From Candidatus Iainarchaeum sp. (GTDB lineage: Archaea; Iainarchaeota; Iainarchaeia; Iainarchaeales; Iainarchaeaceae), in the NCBI GenBank assembly GCA_038895675.1, contig JAWANB010000003.1:1-32554 (forward strand): a DNA stretch of 32,554 nt, written 5' to 3'. The notes beneath the pieces are model-generated. The model did no database searches, had not been told where the DNA came from, and worked only from the letters and a program-made list of their open reading frames with translations. Position numbers and translations under genes: made by a program. This document shows positions 6,540-14,806 of this stretch, one piece after another (the first letter of the stretch is position 1; the number at the start of each line of letters is the position of its first letter).

Positions 6540-9536
6540 GTGATTACTTTGACAAAACTTCTAAAAATATTTCTAAAAAACTTCAAGTCTTTTAAAAGAG
6601 CAGAAATACCTTTTGCTGATGGCTTTACAGCAATAGCTGGAGCTAACGCGTCTGGAAAAAGCAATATATTAGATGCAATATTGTTTGCTTTGGGAACAAC
6701 AAGTCTAAAATCTTTGAGAGCATCAAAACTCACTGAACTCGTCAATCATGACGCAACAGAAGGGTACGCAAAAGTAGAGTTATGGATCAAAACAAAGGAA
6801 GATAAAATAATAAAAATAACAAGGTTGATAGACAAAAATGGCAAATCTATTTACAAGATTGATGATAAGAAAAAAACATTAAACGAAATAGAATCGTTAC
6901 TTTTATCTATTGGAATAAGTGCTGAAGGCCATAACATTGTTGTACAAGGAGATATAACAAGCATAATTGAAATGAACTCAAAAGAGAGATTAGGAATAAT
7001 AAAAGAAGCTGCTGGACTACAAGAATTTGAGGAAAAAAAAGAAGAAGCACTAAAAAAATTAGCCCAAGTTGATGGGAGAATAAAAGATGTAATGCTTATT
7101 CTTAACGAAAGAGAAAACTATTTGAAAAAAATAGAAGAAGAGAAAACAAACGCATTAAAGTATAATGCATTGCAAGAAGAACTTAGAGCCTCTAAAGCAA
7201 CAATACTTTACGAAGAAATAAAATCAGTCACAAGCTATGTTGAAACAAAAAAGCAAGAAATACAAAAAATAGAAATGGACATAAAAGAAAAAAAAGAATT
7301 TTTGAATAAACTCCTTGAAGAAGAACAAAAAATTGAACAAAGAATTGAAGAAATAACAGACAAGCTTATAGAGTCAGGAGAACTTGTTTATTCAACTTTT
7401 GGGAAAGAAGCAGAACAAAAAAGGTCTAAAATAGCAATATTAGAAGAAAGAATCTCAAATACTAATCTTTTCATTGAAACAAAAGAAAATAGAAAAAAAC
7501 AAATATTTTCTGAAATAGAGTTATTAAAAACAGAAAAAGAAAATAAATCAAAAGAAATAGAAATTCTAAAAAATGAAATAGAATCTATGAACTTGAAATA
7601 TAAAGAAATAGAAAGTAAAATAGACGAAATTTCCCCAAAAACCAAAGATTCAAAAGATAGAAAACAACAATTAGAAAAAGAACTTTCGTTGATAGAATCA
7701 GAGTTAGAAAGCTTACGAAACCAAATAGAAGACATTAGAATTACTAAATCAAATTTAGAAATAGACTTTAATGCAAAAAAAAATTTTTTAGTTGAAATTA
7801 CTGAAAGACTTGAAAAATTAAAGCCAAAAATAGAAACAAAAATTCAGATAGAAAATAAACTAAAAGAACTGAATAAAATAGAAACCGCAAAAACAATTCA
7901 CAAAATTGATACAATTATCAATGAAAAAACTTCTCTACTAAACTCATTAAAAGGAAAAAGAGAAGCCGTTATAGGTGCTATAGAGAAAATATCAAAAGCA
8001 GGTTCTTATTGCCCAACTTGTGAAAGAGCCATAGATAAAGACTCTAAAGAAAAGGCTATTTCTATGAGAAAGCAAGAAGAAAAAAAAATGTTTGAAGAAA
8101 TACAAAAAATAGAAGGAGAATTAGCAAAACTTAAAGAGGAAAAACAAAAAATTTTAGAAATAGAAAAAACTATTAATGAATTAAGCATAGAAGCAGCAAA
8201 ACTAAATTCAGTTGAAGAAGAATTCAAAAACTTAGAAGTAAAGAGAAAGGAAGCTGAGAAATCTTTAGATGAAAGAAAAATAAAAGATATTTCAGCAAAA
8301 GAAAATGAATTATACACTAAAATTCTTTACCTTGAAGAACAAAAAGAACAATTACTTCAAGAGTTAATTTATACTGAACACTCTGAGTTTTTAGTTAAAA
8401 TAAATGAATTAGTTTCATCACTAAATACTTTAGGAAAAGAAAAATCTCAAAAAGAAAATTCTCTTGCAAAGATTAGTATTGAAATGCAGGCAATAAACAA
8501 GAAAATAAAAGAATTGCAAGAAGAATCCAAAATAATTTCAAGTGAAATAGAGTCTAACCAAGATTCCTTGAACGAACTTTTTTCTGAAAAAGAAAAAAAC
8601 ATTAGAGAACTAAAAAAAATTGAAAACGAGATAGAGAAGTCAAAAAAAAGCAACAAACTTTTGGAAGAAGAAAAAGAAAGGCTTTCCAAAAAAAGTTCAA
8701 AAATATCAGAAAAAATTGATAATTTCTCATCAAAAATAGAGCATAAAGAAAAAGAAGTTAACGAGATAATGATAGAAATATCAAAGAATGAAGTAAGGTT
8801 AAATGATTTAGAAGAAGAGTTTCAACCCTTTAAAGGAACTCAAATTTTGATGGTGACCAACCTTAATTCTCTCAGAAAAAGGATAGTGGAAATAGAAGAA
8901 GAAATAAGTAAAATAGGCCCTGTAAACTTGCGTTCCGTAGAAAACTTCGAAGCTTTAAAAAAAGAGGTAGATGAAATAAGACAGAGAGCAACAACGCTTG
9001 AACAAGAAAGAAAATCAGTCTTAGAAATGATATCTCAAATAGAAGAAAGGAAATTGAACGTATTCAATGATTGTTTTTCAAAAGTTAGTAAAAAATTTTC
9101 AGAACTTTATTATAACTTCTTCAATGGAGAAGGACTTTTAGAGTTGACAAACCCAGAAAATCCATTAGAAGGAGGATTACTTATTCAAGCAAAGTACAAA
9201 GAAGACACTATGAAAAGCATAGATGCGATGAGTGGTGGAGAAAAAAGTTTGACTGCTTTGGCTTTCATTTTTTCAATTCAATCTTTCATGCCTGCGCCTT
9301 TCTATATTTTAGATGAAGTTGATGCTGCTTTAGACAAAGCCAATTCTTTAAAAGTAGGTTCAATGATCAAAGAACAAAGTAGACAAAGCCAATTTATTGT
9401 AATAAGCCATAATGATTCTGTAATAAACAAGGCAGACCAAATAATAGGGGTAGCATTAAACAAGAAAAACAGTTCTGTGATAGGTTTAAAGTTGAAAAGC
9501 GAATCACAGGATAAGCAGGAAACAGCAACTTCTTAA
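6540..9536 (+). CDS. smc: Chromosome segregation protein Smc-like ATPase with Rad50-type zinc hook in place of the hinge
   Basis: NFKSF, Walker A GANASGKSNILDAILFALG, SLRA R-loop, Q-loop VVQGDI, IGPVNLRS neck, signature MSGGEKS, Walker B/D-loop PFYILDEVDAALD, H-loop ISHN; central CPTC. Start may be TTG 6549. Confidence 0.9.
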   Translation: MITLTKLLKIFLKNFKSFKRAEIPFADGFTAIAGANASGKSNILDAILFALGTTSLKSLRASKLTELVNHDATEGYAKVELWIKTKEDKIIKITRLIDKNGKSIYKIDDKKKTLNEIESLLLSIGISAEGHNIVVQGDITSIIEMNSKERLGIIKEAAGLQEFEEKKEEALKKLAQVDGRIKDVMLILNERENYLKKIEEEKTNALKYNALQEELRASKATILYEEIKSVTSYVETKKQEIQKIEMDIKEKKEFLNKLLEEEQKIEQRIEEITDKLIESGELVYSTFGKEAEQKRSKIAILEERISNTNLFIETKENRKKQIFSEIELLKTEKENKSKEIEILKNEIESMNLKYKEIESKIDEISPKTKDSKDRKQQLEKELSLIESELESLRNQIEDIRITKSNLEIDFNAKKNFLVEITERLEKLKPKIETKIQIENKLKELNKIETAKTIHKIDTIINEKTSLLNSLKGKREAVIGAIEKISKAGSYCPTCERAIDKDSKEKAISMRKQEEKKMFEEIQKIEGELAKLKEEKQKILEIEKTINELSIEAAKLNSVEEEFKNLEVKRKEAEKSLDERKIKDISAKENELYTKILYLEEQKEQLLQELIYTEHSEFLVKINELVSSLNTLGKEKSQKENSLAKISIEMQAINKKIKELQEESKIISSEIESNQDSLNELFSEKEKNIRELKKIENEIEKSKKSNKLLEEEKERLSKKSSKISEKIDNFSSKIEHKEKEVNEIMIEISKNEVRLNDLEEEFQPFKGTQILMVTNLNSLRKRIVEIEEEISKIGPVNLRSVENFEALKKEVDEIRQRATTLEQERKSVLEMISQIEERKLNVFNDCFSKVSKKFSELYYNFFNGEGLLELTNPENPLEGGLLIQAKYKEDTMKSIDAMSGGEKSLTALAFIFSIQSFMPAPFYILDEVDAALDKANSLKVGSMIKEQSRQSQFIVISHNDSVINKADQIIGVALNKKNSSVIGLKLKSESQDKQETATS

Positions 9537-9647
9537 TTAAAAAAATTGAAGAAACAAACAAAAAATAGCATGAACAAACGACAAAAAAGACTGAAATAAG
9601 CCAATACAAAAAATTCTATTTTTGAATAATTTAAGGCGACATTTTGG

Positions 9648-9824
9648 TTAGAACAAAATCTCGAAAATCAATTTAAGAAAAAACCCAATAAACCCTATTA
9701 TTATTATTCCAACCCCAACGACTTTTGCCATTAGTTTGTATTCTTGCATAGTAGGCTTTCTTGACACGTTAAATATTCTTAAGCTTGAATTATAAAAATT
9801 CTCTAAGCTTTCTTTATTTATCAT
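9648..9824 (-). CDS. secE: Protein translocase subunit SecE (Sec61-gamma)
   Basis: Below the ORF-track size cutoff. Manual translation MINKESLENFYNSSLRIFNVSRKPTMQEYKLMAKVVGVGIIIIGFIGFFLKLIFEILF (58 aa): RKP-x-x-x-EY motif followed by a single TM helix with IGFIGF. Confidence 0.93.
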   Translation of the reverse strand: MINKESLENFYNSSLRIFNVSRKPTMQEYKLMAKVVGVGIIIIGFIGFFLKLIFEILF

Positions 9825-9955
9825 ATGTTATTTGTTAAAAGTAAAGTAATAAAAAAGAAAGTGTCTGAACTTAAAAACAATACCAATAACTCAAAAAGTT
9901 GAGTTTTTAAACTTTGCTTTGGTAGAATGATTAGAAGCTCTAATTTTAGGGCCGA

Positions 9956-9973
9956 TTACCAATTCGTTGGTAG
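9956..9973 (+). promoter_or_regulatory. UUCG hairpin in rpl1 5' leader
   Basis: TACCAA-TTCG-TTGGTA (9957-9972) with a flanking U-G pair, about 10 nt upstream of the rpl1 ATG. Confidence 0.45.
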
Positions 9974-9982
9974 GTTGTTTGC

Positions 9983-10660
9983 ATGGATAAAAAACAAGTT
10001 TTGGAAGCCTTGGCGTTTGCTAGAGCTAAGTCTAAGAAAAGGAAGTTTGAACAGACTTTTGAGTTCATTATAAACTTTAAAGGTATTGACTTTAAAAAGG
10101 CTGAAAATAGAATAGATTTAGAGGTAAGATTACCACACTCTAACGGCAAGTCCTCACAAGGTAAAGTGCTTGCATTCATAAAAGACGCTAACTTTGCAGA
10201 AGAACTTAAGGGTAAAGCTGATAAAATAATAATGGATTATGAAATACCAAACCTCAAGAAAAAAGACGTTGACCAATTAATGATTGATTATAACATATTT
10301 GTGGCTGAAGGGCCTTCAATGTTAACTGTTGGAAAGTACCTTGGTCAAATTCTTGCGCCTAAAGGTAGAATGCCAAAACCTATTCAAACCAGCATTGAGT
10401 CTTTTGAAAGTGCAGTTAAGGGAACTGGAAATAATATTAGGGTCACTAACAAAAAAGGCAAATTCATGCCTGTAATACATTGTGTCGTTGGAAAAGAATC
10501 TTTTAATGACTCTGACATTGCTGATAACATACTTGAAATTTACAATTCTGTCGTAAATGTGCTGCCTACAAAAGAAAGTAATGTGAAATCATGTTTCGTT
10601 AAACTTACTATGGGCGTGCCTGTAAAAATAGGTGCTGTAAAAGGTGAACAAAATGACTAG
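9983..10660 (+). CDS. rpl1: 50S ribosomal protein L1 (uL1)
   Basis: KRKFEQTFEFIINFKGID, LPH, GKYLGQILAPKGRMPKP, VKLTMG. Confidence 0.97.
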   Translation: MDKKQVLEALAFARAKSKKRKFEQTFEFIINFKGIDFKKAENRIDLEVRLPHSNGKSSQGKVLAFIKDANFAEELKGKADKIIMDYEIPNLKKKDVDQLMIDYNIFVAEGPSMLTVGKYLGQILAPKGRMPKPIQTSIESFESAVKGTGNNIRVTNKKGKFMPVIHCVVGKESFNDSDIADNILEIYNSVVNVLPTKESNVKSCFVKLTMGVPVKIGAVKGEQND

Positions 10661-11495
10661 GCACACAAGAAAATGGAAAGAGCAAGAACTAACAAAACTC
10701 AAAAAACTAATAGAATCTTACCCTATAATAGCTATTGCTGACATAACAAAGTTTCCTTCTTCACTTTTCATTCAAATAAGAAAAAAACTAAGACAAACTG
10801 GTGCATTAGTAAAAGTTTCAAAAACAATACTAATAAAGAAGGCATTAGAAGAATATGAACACACGAAAACTTTAGCACAGTATGCTACTGGGAATTGTGC
10901 TTTAATATTTACTAAAAACAATCCTTTTGAATTGTACAATTTTTTGAAAAAGAATAAAGGAAAAGTAGCTGCAAAAGAAGGAGCAATAGCTGAAGAAGAC
11001 ATAGTTATTCCTGCTGGAGACACAGGCTTGCCTCCTGGACCTGCATTGTCTGATTTAAAGGGCGCAGGCTTAAAAGTAGCGGTCAAAGGTTCTACGATAT
11101 CAGTGCTTGAAGACAAGGTAGTTACTAAAGCAGGAGAAAAAGTTTCAGCAGCAGTTGCTGGCACTCTTTCAAAACTTGGAATGAAACCATTCAAAATAGG
11201 CATGAAAATATTGGCAGTAATTGAACAAGGTAAAGTTTTATTAGCAAACGTTCTTGACATTGATAGTGAAAAAGTATTTAATGAATTTGTAGAAGCTCAA
11301 AGAAAAGCTTTGAATTTAGCAATCAATGCTACAATTATAAATAACCAAACTTCAAAGTTGTTAATACAAAAAGCATACCTTGAAGCAAAGAATGTAGCAA
11401 TAGAGGCGAACATTCTAACTAAAGAAACAACAGAAGCAATAATAGCTAAAGCAAAAGCACAGGCAGATGCTATTAAAGGACTTATCAAGGAGTGA
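10653..11495 (+). CDS. rplP0: 50S ribosomal protein L10/P0 (uL10)
   Basis: VSKT, NPFELY, IPAGDTGLPPGP, KLGMKP; ATG 10653 follows AGGTGA SD. Confidence 0.96.
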   Translation: MTRHTRKWKEQELTKLKKLIESYPIIAIADITKFPSSLFIQIRKKLRQTGALVKVSKTILIKKALEEYEHTKTLAQYATGNCALIFTKNNPFELYNFLKKNKGKVAAKEGAIAEEDIVIPAGDTGLPPGPALSDLKGAGLKVAVKGSTISVLEDKVVTKAGEKVSAAVAGTLSKLGMKPFKIGMKILAVIEQGKVLLANVLDIDSEKVFNEFVEAQRKALNLAINATIINNQTSKLLIQKAYLEAKNVAIEANILTKETTEAIIAKAKAQADAIKGLIKE

Positions 11496-11535
11496 AGTTA
11501 ATAAATTTGAGTTTTTAATATAAAGAGGTGAAAAA

Positions 11536-11838
11536 ATGGAATATGTGTATGCTGCTATGCTATTGCATTCGGCTAAACAAGAAATAAACGAAAATAATGT
11601 CAAAAAAGTTTTGGAAGCTGCAGGCATTAGCGTAGATGAATCAAGAGTAAAGGCTCTTGTTGCCTCTCTAAAAGACGTGAATATAGAAGAAGCAATAAGC
11701 AAAGCCACCTTTGCGGCTCCTGCACAAGCCACAGCTAGTTCTACTACTCAAGTAGAACAAAAGAAAGAGCAAAAACAGGAAGAAGCAAAGAAGACAGAAG
11801 AAGAGGCAGCAGAAGGACTAGGCAGTCTCTTTGGATAA
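11536..11838 (+). CDS. rpl12: 50S ribosomal stalk protein L12p (aP1)
   Basis: [11 protein letters not shown]...[13 protein letters not shown]; GAGGTGA SD. Confidence 0.98.
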   Translation: MEYVYAAMLLHSAKQEINENNVKKVLEAAGISVDESRVKALVASLKDVNIEEAISKATFAAPAQATASSTTQVEQKKEQKQEEAKKTEEEAAEGLGSLFG

Positions 11839-11844
11839 ACGAAA

Positions 11845-11930
11845 AAAAAGGCAATTGCCTTTTTCATAAATTTAAGCAATAACAATAAAGCCTTGAAATG
11901 TTATTTATAAGGCATTTCAAAGGCTTTTTA
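11845..11930 (+). terminator. Two tandem inverted repeats with T-tracts after rpl12 (putative terminator/processing region)
   Basis: Perfect 20-bp palindrome AAAAAGGCAATTGCCTTTTT (11845-11864); AAAGCCTTGAAATG...CATTTCAAAGGCTTT (11887-11927, 1-nt bulge) followed by T-rich sequence. Confidence 0.55.
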
Positions 11931-11973
11931 TTTATTTATAATCGTTTTTATAAGTATTTTAATTGGGGATAAA

Positions 11974-12414
11974 ATGATTTTCACTATAAGAACAACGGTT
12001 GGACAAGAAAGTCTGGTAGTGGACATACTAGCTAACAAGATAAAAAAGGAAGAATTAAACGTCTACTCTATCTCAGTCATACCTAATCTTAAAGGTTATA
12101 TTCTAGTAGAGGCAGAAGATGATGTGACCTTAAAAAGAGCAATTTTTAACATTTCACACATTAAAGGAAGAGGAATCGTAGGTGGCCAAGTCAAAATAGA
12201 AGAACTTGCAGGCTTGCTTGAAGCAAAACCATTAATGAAGAGCATAAAAGAAGGCATGAAAGTTGAAATAATAGCAGGTGCATTCAAAGGCTCTAAAGCA
12301 AAAGTTATTAGAGTTAATGATGCAAAAGAAGAGGTTACGGTTGAGCTGCTTGAAGAAGCAGTCAAGATACCAGTTACTTTGCATGCAGAACACATAAGGA
12401 TAATAAAAGAGTGA
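11974..12414 (+). CDS. spt5: Transcription elongation factor Spt5 (NusG)
   Basis: IRTTVGQE, LKGYILVEA NGN domain; KOW GMKVEIIAGAFKGSKAKV. Confidence 0.97.
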   Translation: MIFTIRTTVGQESLVVDILANKIKKEELNVYSISVIPNLKGYILVEAEDDVTLKRAIFNISHIKGRGIVGGQVKIEELAGLLEAKPLMKSIKEGMKVEIIAGAFKGSKAKVIRVNDAKEEVTVELLEEAVKIPVTLHAEHIRIIKE

Positions 12415-12420
12415 TAAAAA

Positions 12421-12894
12421 ATGACAGAAGTAAAGCTAATGGTTGAAGGGGGAAAAGCAACTGCAGGACCACCATTAGGCCCTTCTTTAGCTCCTTTAGG
12501 AGTCAACATAGGCCAAATAGTAGCACAAATCAACGAAAAAACGAAAAGTTATGCAGGAATGAAAGTACCTGTGATAGTTGAAGTAGACAAACAAAAAAAT
12601 GTCAACATAACTATTGGGTCTCCGCCTACAAGCGCCCTAATATTAAAAGAAGCCAAAGCCCAAAAAGGTGGTGCTAACCAAAAAACAGACAATGTTGGTA
12701 ATTTAACAATGGAACAAGTAAAAAAAATTGCTCAAATGAAAGCAGAGTCAATAGGCTCAACAAGTTTAAAGTCAATGGTTAGAGAGATTATTGGGACTTG
12801 CAACTCTATGAGCATTACTATAGAAGGTAAAAAGGCTAAAGAAATCCAAAAAGAAATAAAAGAAGGCAAATGGGACAAAGTTTTGGAAAGCTGA
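12421..12894 (+). CDS. rpl11: 50S ribosomal protein L11 (uL11)
   Basis: VEGGKATAGPPLGPSLAPLGVN, GMKVPV, PPTSALI. Confidence 0.98.
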   Translation: MTEVKLMVEGGKATAGPPLGPSLAPLGVNIGQIVAQINEKTKSYAGMKVPVIVEVDKQKNVNITIGSPPTSALILKEAKAQKGGANQKTDNVGNLTMEQVKKIAQMKAESIGSTSLKSMVREIIGTCNSMSITIEGKKAKEIQKEIKEGKWDKVLES

Positions 12895-12911
12895 AAAAAG
12901 AGGTGAAAAAA

Positions 12912-13082
12912 ATGGTTGTTGAATTCACGGAATTTAAAGGAAATAAAGTAATAACTCTAAAAAGAGACGAAAACGACAGGTTTCCTTTTAGTTTCGGAAA
13001 AGCAAAAGCAAAACTCATAATACAGCACATAGAAGAAATAAAGAAGTTTGCAGAAGAAGATAATAGTCAAAATGAAGAATAG
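12912..13082 (+). CDS. Small conserved-looking hypothetical protein (56 aa)
   Basis: Strong GAGGTGA SD (12900-12906) before ATG 12912; MVVEFTEFKGNKVITLKRDENDRFPFSFGKAKAKLIIQHIEEIKKFAEE. Confidence 0.85.
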   Translation: MVVEFTEFKGNKVITLKRDENDRFPFSFGKAKAKLIIQHIEEIKKFAEEDNSQNEE

Positions 13083-13392
13083 ATTATTAACAAAAAGACA
13101 AGTCGAAAGAGTTTTTGAGTCGAATAATGATGAAAGACAGCGTACTTTAAGAAATTTTAGATTAAGAAAAAAGTAAAAAGAAAAAATGAACCAAGTTACT
13201 TTTCGCAATATTGTTCGAAAGGCTCAAAAAATCAGGCAAGCAAACGGAAATTATGAAAAAGCCGGGATACTTAAAGAAATTTATACTTTAGAATATGAAT
13301 GAAAAAAAGACGAAAGAAATGACCTTAACAAAAATTTTAGAATAATTGCCTATGACCCAAGCACGGCAAAAATTAATTCTTACTATTCATAA
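13072..13392 (+). pseudogene. Possible degraded ORF (one frame, two internal stops)
   Basis: ATG 13072 opens a frame of about 106 codons broken only by TAA (13174) and TGA (13300); composition is more coding-like than other spacers. No recognisable family. Confidence 0.25.
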
Positions 13393-13409
13393 AAAACTAA
13401 AAAAAAATT

Positions 13410-14531
13410 TTAATCAGTAAACGAAATTCCTAAGTCAACCGTGCCGTCTTTTGGAACTTCGCCTTTCTCATCTAAGAAACCAAGCCTGCCGCCTGCTATT
13501 ACTACCATTGCCTGTATTTGATTTTTTGGCAAAGTATCGTCAATCATTGCTCCCCAAATAATGTGAGCATGAGAATGAATTTTTGCGGCAACTGCCTCAA
13601 CTATTAACTCTGCTTCTCTCAAAGTCATGTCAGAACCGCCAACAACATTAATCAAAGCCCTGTTTGCGCCAGAAATGTCAACGTCAAGCAAAGGCGAAGT
13701 CAAAGCATTTTCAACTGCCTCGAGAGCCCTTGCTTCAGAAGGCCCGTTTTGAGTTCCGCTCTCGCCTAACCCAATCATGGCAGCGCCGCCTTTTTCAAGA
13801 ATAGTTTTAAGGTCAGCAAAGTCAAGGTTTATTAGACCTGGCTTTGTTATTAACTCGGTTATTCCTTTAACAGCATTAGTCAAAACCTCGTCAGCAACCT
13901 TAAAAGCCGCGTTCAAAGGCAAGTCAGGAGCTATCTCAAGAATCTTATCATTAGGGATAACTATTATAGTATCAGCATGTTTTCTCAAGTTTGACAAACC
14001 ATACATGGCATTTTCTGCTCTTTTCTTGCCTTCAACAGTAAAAGGCAAAGTCACGACAGCAACAGTCAAAGCTTTGCACTTTTTTGCTACCTCTGCAACT
14101 ATTGGTGCTGCACCAGTGCCCGTGCCACCACCCATACCACAAGTTATGAAAACCAAGTCAAAATCACAAAGGTTCTCAGAAATCTCTTCAATAGACTCTT
14201 GAGCTGAAGCTTCGCCAACAGAAGGATTAGAGCCAGCACCTAATCCCCTAGTCAATTTTTTACCAATAAGTATTTTCCTATCAGCCTTTACTTTCAAAAG
14301 GTCTTGAGCATCAGTGTTTATAGCAAAAGAAGTAGCACCAACTATTCCAACTTCAGACATTCTTTGCATAGTATTACAACCGCTACCACCAACACCAACA
14401 ACAGCAATTTTAGCCTTGCTTTCTTCCAAAGTCTTTACTAAAGCCTCGTCATCTTCAACAATCTTCTTTGGCTTTGCCTTCAAAGAGTCCTCTTTTGCAA
14501 GCTTTATAGCCTTTTGAATAACATTCTTCAT
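13410..14531 (-). CDS. ftsZ: Cell division protein FtsZ (archaeal FtsZ1-like)
   Basis: VGVGGSGCN, AINTDAQDL, GMGGGTGTG tubulin signature, INLDFAD T7 loop; ATG 14531 follows AGGTG SD. Confidence 0.98.
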   Translation of the reverse strand: MKNVIQKAIKLAKEDSLKAKPKKIVEDDEALVKTLEESKAKIAVVGVGGSGCNTMQRMSEVGIVGATSFAINTDAQDLLKVKADRKILIGKKLTRGLGAGSNPSVGEASAQESIEEISENLCDFDLVFITCGMGGGTGTGAAPIVAEVAKKCKALTVAVVTLPFTVEGKKRAENAMYGLSNLRKHADTIIVIPNDKILEIAPDLPLNAAFKVADEVLTNAVKGITELITKPGLINLDFADLKTILEKGGAAMIGLGESGTQNGPSEARALEAVENALTSPLLDVDISGANRALINVVGGSDMTLREAELIVEAVAAKIHSHAHIIWGAMIDDTLPKNQIQAMVVIAGGRLGFLDEKGEVPKDGTVDLGISFTD

Positions 14532-14806
14532 TAAAACACACCTTCCCAAAAAAAGTTTTACTTAAATACACGCCCCAAAAAAGAAATTTAAACCTCACGG
14601 ATAAGTAAAAAAATTGAAATAAGGCCAAATAAAGCAATCAAAAGCCTCAAGCAAAAAACTAACAACAAAAAAAAGGACAAAAAAAAATCGACTCAAAAAC
14701 AATTCAAAAAAAAGCCATAAAAGACTAAGAAAAATACCCAAAAAACTTATTCTACAGAACGAGACTAAAGAAAAGATTATAAAGGGGTTTAGTTCTGATC
14801 TAAAAG

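Noticed and set aside
6540-9536. Annotating the gene as plain rad50 because of the CXXC hook
   Set aside because: Head, neck and D-loop (DEVDAALD rather than DEPT) motifs are Smc-type and no mre11/herA/nurA is adjacent.
10772-11260. Long antisense ORFs over rplP0, spt5/rpl11, ftsZ, pyr genes and AMP phosphorylase
   Set aside because: Shadow frames of well-supported genes with no independent coding signal.
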